64,000 bases of DNA from an uncultured Candidatus Saccharibacteria bacterium (GTDB lineage: Bacteria; Patescibacteriota; Minisyncoccia; Phycocordibacterales; UBA2100). Both the position numbers and the translations under genes were made by a program. The notes under the pieces are model-generated. The model ran no database searches. It was not told the DNA's origin and was given only the letters and a program-made list of their open reading frames with translations. Of the stretch, positions 58,282 to 64,000 are shown in pieces (the stretch's first letter is position 1; the number at the start of each line of letters is the position of its first letter). The stretch spans positions 1,971 through 65,970 of the forward strand of contig CAZJEQ010000001.1 in NCBI GenBank assembly GCA_964545165.1, in the 5' to 3' direction.

Positions 58282-60504
58282 CTATTCTTTTAAGCGAGGT
58301 TCAACCCGCTTTAATAATACCGCGTTCGTGGCGACGATGATGGAGGAGGCGGACATAAGGAGCGCGGCGATTTCGGGTCGCAAGGACCAGCCAAGAGATG
58401 TGTAGAACACACCGGCGGCAACGGGAATGGCAAGTACATTGTAGATCGCGGCCCAAAAGAGATTCTGCTTCATTTTTGTAACAGTCGCCTTGCTTAGGCG
58501 AAGTGCGGCCACGATGTCGTACGGGTCTGACTTCATAAGTACGATGTTACCGGTCTCGATTGCAACATCAGTACCCGCCCCAATGGCTATGCCAATGTCA
58601 GATTGCGCCAAAGCGGGGGCATCATTGATGCCATCACCGACCATCGCGACAAACTTGCCTTCGTCTTGGAGTTTCTTCACGTATTTTGCTTTCTCCTCCG
58701 GAAGCACCTGTGCGAAGTAGCGTTCGATGCCAAGCTGTGTGGCGACCGCTTTAGCCACCTGTTCGTGGTCACCCGTGATCATGACTACTTCCAAGCCCAT
58801 CTCTTTGAGTTTTGACACTGTTTTCTTTGCAGAATCACGCACCGTATCGGCGACGCCGATAGCTCCGGCGACTTTGCCGTCAATCGCCACGATGCTTATG
58901 GTATTCCCAGTATCGAGCAATCGGTTGATTTCTTTTTGAAGTGGCGAAAGATCGATATTGCTTTGCTTCATGAGGCGTTCGGTTCCCGCAATGACGTCTC
59001 TGCTGTCCGCAAGCGCGCGCACGCCGTGGCCGCCGATCGATTCAAACTTTTCAACTTTCTTCTCGATCGACACATTCCGCTTCTTTGCCTCCTCGATGAT
59101 GGCAAGGCTAATTGGGTGATTAGAGCTTCGCTCCACCGCGGCAGCATACGCAAGCACATCTTCTTTGGTGTATGAATTTATAGAAACGACTTCGGTGACT
59201 TTGGGTTTTCCTTCCGTGAGCGTTCCTGTTTTATCTAACACGATAGCAGTGAGCTTTGACGTATTTTCAAGCGTTGCCGCGTCTTTGATGAGAATGTTGT
59301 GCTTTGCGCCAAGACCAGTGCCTACCGCAACAGCGGTAGGGGTGGCAAGTCCTAAGGCATCGGGACACGCAATGACAACGGTCGAAACAGCAAAGGTAAG
59401 CGCAGTCAGAAGTCCTACATCACCAAAGAAATACCAGCCAATAAAAGCGGCCGTGCCAGAGCCGATGGCAACGACAACTAATCTGCCTGCCCACAGATCC
59501 GCGATTCTCTGTCCGGGCGCTTTAGAGTTCTGCGCGGTTTCCACCATTTTGATGATCTGTGCAAGTACAGTATCTGCACCGACTTTTGTCGCCTTGAATT
59601 GCACAGCACCGGTGAGATTTACCGAACCGCCCACCACTTTGTCTCCCTTCGCTTTGGAGACAGGGATTGATTCACCGGTCACCAGCGATTCGTCGATTGA
59701 TGTTCCGCCTTCAGTCACTTCTCCATCTACCGGCACCTTGTCGCCGGGGCGCAAAACGACGATATCGCCCTGCACTATCTCGGAGCTTGGTATCGAGAGT
59801 TCTTTCCCATTACGGACAACCGTCGCTTTCGGAGGCACTAGATCAAAGAGCGCACGCAGCGCATCAGAGGTTCCCCGGCGCGATTTCATTTCCATCCAAT
59901 GACCGAAGAGGACGAAGGTAACGAGGAGCGCAGCTGCTTCGTAGAAAGTCTCACTCTCGGGCTGGATCAATGTAAGAAGCACGCTAAAGAGGTACGCCGC
60001 AAGGACACCGGTAGCGATGAGTACCGCCATGTTGAGCTTCCGGGCTTTCAGGGAGTAGTAGGTACCGGTTATGAAAATTGAACCAGTCCAAAAGACAATA
60101 GGAGTCGTGAGGATCAGAAGAATCCAACTCGCTGGAATGGGGGTTGGGAGATTAAGTCCGAAAAAATTGATGCCCACAGGAGAGTAGAGAAATATCGGGA
60201 TCGAAAGAGCCAAGGAAATCCAGAAACGGCGGCGCATATCTCTCTCCATCGCCTTCGCCATTTGTGGATTTGTCATCGCTGACTCGTGATCCATATGGCT
60301 GACCTTCGACATATCGTGCCCGGCATGTTCTCCAGCACTTTCTTTTGACGATGCGGCCTTGGGAATTAAATCCATGCCACACCCGGGACATTTGCCGGGT
60401 TCCTTCTTTACTACCTCCGGATGCATGGGGCAGGTGTAAACAGCGCTCGACGAATCTTTGACGACCACTTTTGCATGCTTATGGTTGTGATGTTTGTGGT
60501 TCAT
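58282..60504 (-). CDS. copA: copper-translocating P1B-type ATPase (CopA)
   Basis: CPC transmembrane metal site (ACPDALGLATP), DKTGTLT phosphorylation motif, GDGIND; His-rich N-terminus with CPMHPE...CPGCG metal-binding motif. Confidence 0.9.
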   Translation of the reverse strand: MNHKHHNHKHAKVVVKDSSSAVYTCPMHPEVVKKEPGKCPGCGMDLIPKAASSKESAGEHAGHDMSKVSHMDHESAMTNPQMAKAMERDMRRRFWISLALSIPIFLYSPVGINFFGLNLPTPIPASWILLILTTPIVFWTGSIFITGTYYSLKARKLNMAVLIATGVLAAYLFSVLLTLIQPESETFYEAAALLVTFVLFGHWMEMKSRRGTSDALRALFDLVPPKATVVRNGKELSIPSSEIVQGDIVVLRPGDKVPVDGEVTEGGTSIDESLVTGESIPVSKAKGDKVVGGSVNLTGAVQFKATKVGADTVLAQIIKMVETAQNSKAPGQRIADLWAGRLVVVAIGSGTAAFIGWYFFGDVGLLTALTFAVSTVVIACPDALGLATPTAVAVGTGLGAKHNILIKDAATLENTSKLTAIVLDKTGTLTEGKPKVTEVVSINSYTKEDVLAYAAAVERSSNHPISLAIIEEAKKRNVSIEKKVEKFESIGGHGVRALADSRDVIAGTERLMKQSNIDLSPLQKEINRLLDTGNTISIVAIDGKVAGAIGVADTVRDSAKKTVSKLKEMGLEVVMITGDHEQVAKAVATQLGIERYFAQVLPEEKAKYVKKLQDEGKFVAMVGDGINDAPALAQSDIGIAIGAGTDVAIETGNIVLMKSDPYDIVAALRLSKATVTKMKQNLFWAAIYNVLAIPVAAGVFYTSLGWSLRPEIAALLMSASSIIVATNAVLLKRVEPRLKE

Positions 60505-60514
60505 AGTGCGAACG

Positions 60515-60766
60515 TTAAAGCCAATAGTTAATAACTCCGAAAATGAGAATGGCTGTCACGATAAGCGTATTGATAAACATGCCGATTTGATCCGCATCTC
60601 TCCACGCCTTATACGTGCTGTAGAGCCAGAAAACTTCTGAAATCAGGTTCGCAATAACACCGTATTCCGGAAGTTTGAGCGAAGTGAGCAAGAAGCCGAG
60701 CATTGTAAATCCAACCAGCCCGACCTGCATAAAACTATTAAGCGATCTCTGTTCCGGTTGAATCAT
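60515..60766 (-). CDS. small hypothetical membrane protein
   Basis: 83-aa ORF with 2-3 TM segments. Confidence 0.3.
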   Translation of the reverse strand: MIQPEQRSLNSFMQVGLVGFTMLGFLLTSLKLPEYGVIANLISEVFWLYSTYKAWRDADQIGMFINTLIVTAILIFGVINYWL

Positions 60767-61602
60767 ATTATTTTTAATAATTGCCGTGTCTCTTTAATAA
60801 CTGTGTCAGCTCGCGCCGGTGATCCAACTATTTTTTGCAAAATATCAGGATTGTCTAAAATGTCCTTGCATAAAATAAGCCCCTCACCTAACAACTCTTG
60901 TTTTTGGAAACGATTGAGGAGCGTAAGGCATGTAAGCGGGTGTAGATTGTGCCGTTCGATCAGTGCTTCCAAACCACCGGCTGCTGGGTAACTCCAACCG
61001 ATTGCAGTCATGCCAACGCACTTCGCATAGTCAGTTGCGTCCGATGTGAGTTTAGTATTGGTTACGAGCCACACCTCGTGGAATTTCTCTCCGTGCTCCG
61101 GTTGCTTCTTCCACCGACGCTCGATGTCCTCGAAGCGAGCTTGTACATACAAAGATATTTTCACGTCCGATCGCAATCCCGACTGGTTGTGGAATTTGCA
61201 TTCAACCATCACATGCCTATCACCTTTAGTGCCGACTACATCGACTTCATGCTTGACGCACACTCCCGGAACGATTTTTGCCACTTCGACGGCGAATCCC
61301 TCTGATTTCATAAGCTCACCAACGAAACGCTCAAATGGCCTACCAGTCGGGCCCAACTCCATGAGCGCGTTTTTAAGACTGTAGCGGGCAGCAGTCGGCC
61401 GATTCGTTTTACGAAGCAGGGAGAAGGCTTTGCGGTAGATGTCCGATGTCTTCATTCCTTCTGTAATCTCGTTTTCAATATGAACGACAATATCGTCAAT
61501 TAATGCGGGTGACGCGTGCACCCGCTGTAGTGATCGCCGAAGCTTATCTTCCGAAAATGCTTCTCTTTCTCCCGATGCCTTTGTGATACGAATCGTTTTC
61601 AT
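60763..61602 (-). CDS. ATP-cone domain fused to Mrr-like PD-(D/E)xK restriction endonuclease domain
   Basis: N-terminal ATP-cone (MKTIRITKASGEREAFSEDKLRRSL...); central nuclease motif (VDVVGTKGD...VMVECKFH = D...ExK). Confidence 0.6.
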   Translation of the reverse strand: MKTIRITKASGEREAFSEDKLRRSLQRVHASPALIDDIVVHIENEITEGMKTSDIYRKAFSLLRKTNRPTAARYSLKNALMELGPTGRPFERFVGELMKSEGFAVEVAKIVPGVCVKHEVDVVGTKGDRHVMVECKFHNQSGLRSDVKISLYVQARFEDIERRWKKQPEHGEKFHEVWLVTNTKLTSDATDYAKCVGMTAIGWSYPAAGGLEALIERHNLHPLTCLTLLNRFQKQELLGEGLILCKDILDNPDILQKIVGSPARADTVIKETRQLLKII

Positions 61603-61604
61603 GG

Positions 61605-61826
61605 TTACTTGTGCTCGTACTCCGGTTTATTGTGATCATGGCCGTGCCCTCGGTGCATAAATATATGCAGAAGTGGACAAGCGAGAAGTATGAGATACGG
61701 TAGAAGAACAAGTACGTGCGAAGTGTGATTTCTAAGAAGAAATACGAGACCGGCAAACCCGATGATTGCGACGACTATCCAGTGCGTCTTTGAAAACAGA
61801 CCTCCGTTATTTTCTTGATTGTGCAT
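61605..61826 (-). CDS. DUF2933-like small membrane protein with His-rich tail
   Basis: CPLLHIFMHRGHGHDH motif and one or two TM segments; common in metal-resistance loci. Confidence 0.45.
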   Translation of the reverse strand: MHNQENNGGLFSKTHWIVVAIIGFAGLVFLLRNHTSHVLVLLPYLILLACPLLHIFMHRGHGHDHNKPEYEHK

Positions 61827-61853
61827 ATCTTTGTTAGTTATCGTTTATAAATT

Positions 61854-62603
61854 TCATTCGACCACGATTGAACCTTCAATCGCTGGGTTTATATGGTCGT
61901 GGTAGGGCCATGTGCCTTTTGAATCGAACGTGTACATGTAACTCTGACCTTTTGCAACCCCGTTAAATTGGTCAAATGTGGCCAGGATCTCGTGCGATGG
62001 GTGCATGTTTGATGCAACCCACATTTCCTCGTCGCTTTGGTTTACGAATTCGACCATGGTGCCGACTGGTACGGTAAGTTTTGCAGGCTCAAAACCAGAG
62101 TTCGTGTAGCGAACAGTTACCATTCCCATACCGCCCTCTGGGGCAACTTCGTGCTCAAAGATAGACGCGAGTACTGGCTTACCAGTCTTCGCGAATACGG
62201 CAGAGGCAGTAATCGGCTGATCAAGTTCGCTGAACGACTTGTCTCCATCGTCTTGGTAGATCATTGCAATGAGCTGGTCAGTCTCTTTGTAGGTGTAGAA
62301 GTCACCAAGTTCAATAGTTATATTTTCATGTTCTCCCGCCTCAAAATACCGGCTGATTTCTATGACCTGACCAACACGTCTGCCGTCGCCACCACGGACG
62401 ACCACATATCCGCCCTGTGCTAACGTGGCGCGATTTATTGTGACTGATGCTCGTGCGTCTTGCGGAGAAATGATGAGCTGTTCAGTAGCCTGGCTTACAG
62501 AAGATTCGATGACTCCGTTTCCATTTGTGAGATAGAGCGCATACGCACCCACGCCAACGATAAGCACGGCCGAGAGAACTGTTAGGATCGTTTTGGATTT
62601 CAT
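61854..62603 (-). CDS. membrane-anchored cupredoxin-domain protein
   Basis: N-terminal TM helix; C-terminal plastocyanin-like copper site (H...C..H..M pattern: NMHPSHE..., WPYHDHINPAIEG). Confidence 0.55.
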   Translation of the reverse strand: MKSKTILTVLSAVLIVGVGAYALYLTNGNGVIESSVSQATEQLIISPQDARASVTINRATLAQGGYVVVRGGDGRRVGQVIEISRYFEAGEHENITIELGDFYTYKETDQLIAMIYQDDGDKSFSELDQPITASAVFAKTGKPVLASIFEHEVAPEGGMGMVTVRYTNSGFEPAKLTVPVGTMVEFVNQSDEEMWVASNMHPSHEILATFDQFNGVAKGQSYMYTFDSKGTWPYHDHINPAIEGSIVVE

Positions 62604-62604
62604 A

Positions 62605-62877
62605 TCATCTTTTCTTTTGGGCAAGTCGGTAGACTTTGAGAATTTCACTTATAGCCTGCTTGTTCTTTCCCGAACGTATTTGCTCAATGACATGGGTAGA
62701 TAAGTGGTTCTCCAGCATCAAGTCCTCGACACCCGCGAGAGCTTCTTTTATTGCGGATGTTTGCGTAATGACATCAATGCAATACTTCTCATCGCTCACC
62801 ATCCTCTGAAGTCCTCTTACCTGGCCCTCGATGAGTTTCAGCCTTCTGATAACTTTACGCTTTGTGTCTTCTTTCAT
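62605..62877 (-). CDS. csoR: CsoR/RcnR-family metal-sensing repressor
   Basis: DUF156 pattern with KYCIDV (Cys) and ...H..C-like ligands; ~90 aa; upstream of the cupredoxin/copA run. Confidence 0.7.
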   Translation of the reverse strand: MKEDTKRKVIRRLKLIEGQVRGLQRMVSDEKYCIDVITQTSAIKEALAGVEDLMLENHLSTHVIEQIRSGKNKQAISEILKVYRLAQKKR

Positions 62878-62918
62878 GATGCCCAGTATACCCCCACAGG
62901 GTATACGGTGCAACTAGG

Positions 62919-63341
62919 TTATTCGTAACGCAGTTCAATCTTGTCGCCGTCTTTCATTTGGTAGTTCTCGAACTCGGTATTTTCCTTGCCGTTCACGGTC
63001 ATTTTCAAGCTTGAGCCGAATGAGTTGAAGTCCTTGCCCCAATTCTTGAAGAATGCACCGAGCGTAACCTCGTCCTTCTTTGCTGATCCAGCGAATTCCA
63101 TATGGATGATGGGGAGATCGTCGTGCGTATGGATGGGTCTATGTCCTCCCGCGAGTCCAATTCCTTGCGGAATTTCTTGCTTTTCTCCTTTGACATAGAT
63201 CATTAACTCCGGATGCCAATGGAATGCACCTGCCGATACTATGTTTGGGTCACTACTTTGTAAGAGTCGCGACCAACCAAGCAAGCCGGTGATAAGAACG
63301 ATGAATCCGATGATCCACCATAGTGTTGGTATCTTTTTCAT
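62919..63341 (-). CDS. hypothetical membrane-anchored protein
   Basis: 140-aa ORF with N-terminal TM helix. Confidence 0.4.
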   Translation of the reverse strand: MKKIPTLWWIIGFIVLITGLLGWSRLLQSSDPNIVSAGAFHWHPELMIYVKGEKQEIPQGIGLAGGHRPIHTHDDLPIIHMEFAGSAKKDEVTLGAFFKNWGKDFNSFGSSLKMTVNGKENTEFENYQMKDGDKIELRYE

Positions 63342-63347
63342 GTTTGT

Positions 63348-63920
63348 TTAATGGGTAACGTGATCACCAGGACCGCCACAGCCGTCTGAGAGATTCCAGA
63401 CTTCAGTGACCTGTTCTCCGGTGAAGCCGTATTTTTGAATGAGTAATTTTCCTAAGCCACCGTAGACATACCAGCGCCAGCATTTGCAGCAGCACGGGCC
63501 TTTTTCGTTAGAGTTTTGCATCGCGTAGTCATACGCTTCTTGCTCCTCCGGCGTAAGTTGTACGTCGTAATACGCCTTCAGTTGCTTTGCGAGTACTGCA
63601 TCAATGTCGTACGGATCAGAAGGAATCTCGGGAATGTCCTTGAATTTCTTTAGCCCCGTGACTTGTTCCTCGTAGCGGTGCGGATCCATTGGAGAGCAAC
63701 ATGAGCCTTGAATCCGGCCGGTGTCTGGCATGGTATCTATTGAACCTGCAAAAGCTGCCGAACATGTCGAGTTCCCGTTCTTGCTTAAGACATCGAACTT
63801 GGCGGCCAGAGCTTCGTCGGCAATGAGCGCTACGGGGGTTGTCCTTGTGGTGCTGAAATAGTACGCGCCTCCGATGAGAAGCACGGTTATCGCAACAGCA
63901 ATTGATAATTGAGTGTTCAT
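63348..63920 (-). CDS. hypothetical membrane-anchored Cys-containing protein
   Basis: ORF with N-terminal TM helix and CC/CCC motifs (GSCCSP, GPCCCKC). Confidence 0.4.
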   Translation of the reverse strand: MNTQLSIAVAITVLLIGGAYYFSTTRTTPVALIADEALAAKFDVLSKNGNSTCSAAFAGSIDTMPDTGRIQGSCCSPMDPHRYEEQVTGLKKFKDIPEIPSDPYDIDAVLAKQLKAYYDVQLTPEEQEAYDYAMQNSNEKGPCCCKCWRWYVYGGLGKLLIQKYGFTGEQVTEVWNLSDGCGGPGDHVTH

Positions 63921-64000
63921 GGTTTGAGTTCCGGCTCGCACACAAGCGGTTTTGTACTTTGTTTTGCTAAGAGATACGTTGAGTACCCGAGGAGCGCAAC

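Noticed and set aside
1-64000. CRISPR arrays
   Set aside because: No regularly spaced direct repeats of 24-48 nt were seen anywhere in the window.

Overview
Most of this 64-kb window is bacterial chromosome. Genes are short, overlapping and dense; GC is about 55-58% in the housekeeping parts and clearly lower after ~48 kb. Housekeeping genes include dnaN (5' partial), a class A PBP, ruvC, ruvB and ruvA at three separate sites, yebC, tsaE, polA, rpsT, ruvX, a pilB ATPase, and pilM/N/O. There is a split riboflavin/FAD cluster and four tRNAs (Lys-TTT, Arg-GCG, Ser-TGA, Val-TAC). Dispersed ruv genes, a short HolA-like protein, the pilin-assembly genes and giant membrane-anchored surface proteins are compatible with a small-genome, possibly Patescibacteria-like organism; this is inference only. 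Three regions look accessory. (1) At 6.4-8.7 kb, a low-GC reverse transcriptase with retron hallmarks (NAXXH, YADD, VTG) is fused to a trypsin-like serine protease. It is preceded by a 12-nt inverted-repeat-bounded candidate msr/msd region and by a separate GC-rich structured insert flanked by 10-bp direct repeats. (2) A CBASS-like operon (HNH-SAVED Cap5-like effector, SMODS nucleotidyltransferase, and an uncharacterised Cys-motif third gene) sits next to LexA and DUF2188 genes, just past tRNA-Val. (3) A lower-GC mosaic of prophage remnant (ParB-methyltransferase fusion, second methyltransferase, small and large terminase, nuclease, XRE) and a copper-homeostasis island (CsoR, cupredoxin, DUF2933, CopA P-type ATPase, multicopper oxidase, HXXEE protein, small Cys-rich proteins). 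The copper island also carries an ATP-cone/restriction-endonuclease fusion. Three short high-GC (~63%) genes are compositional outliers. Gene starts are estimates.
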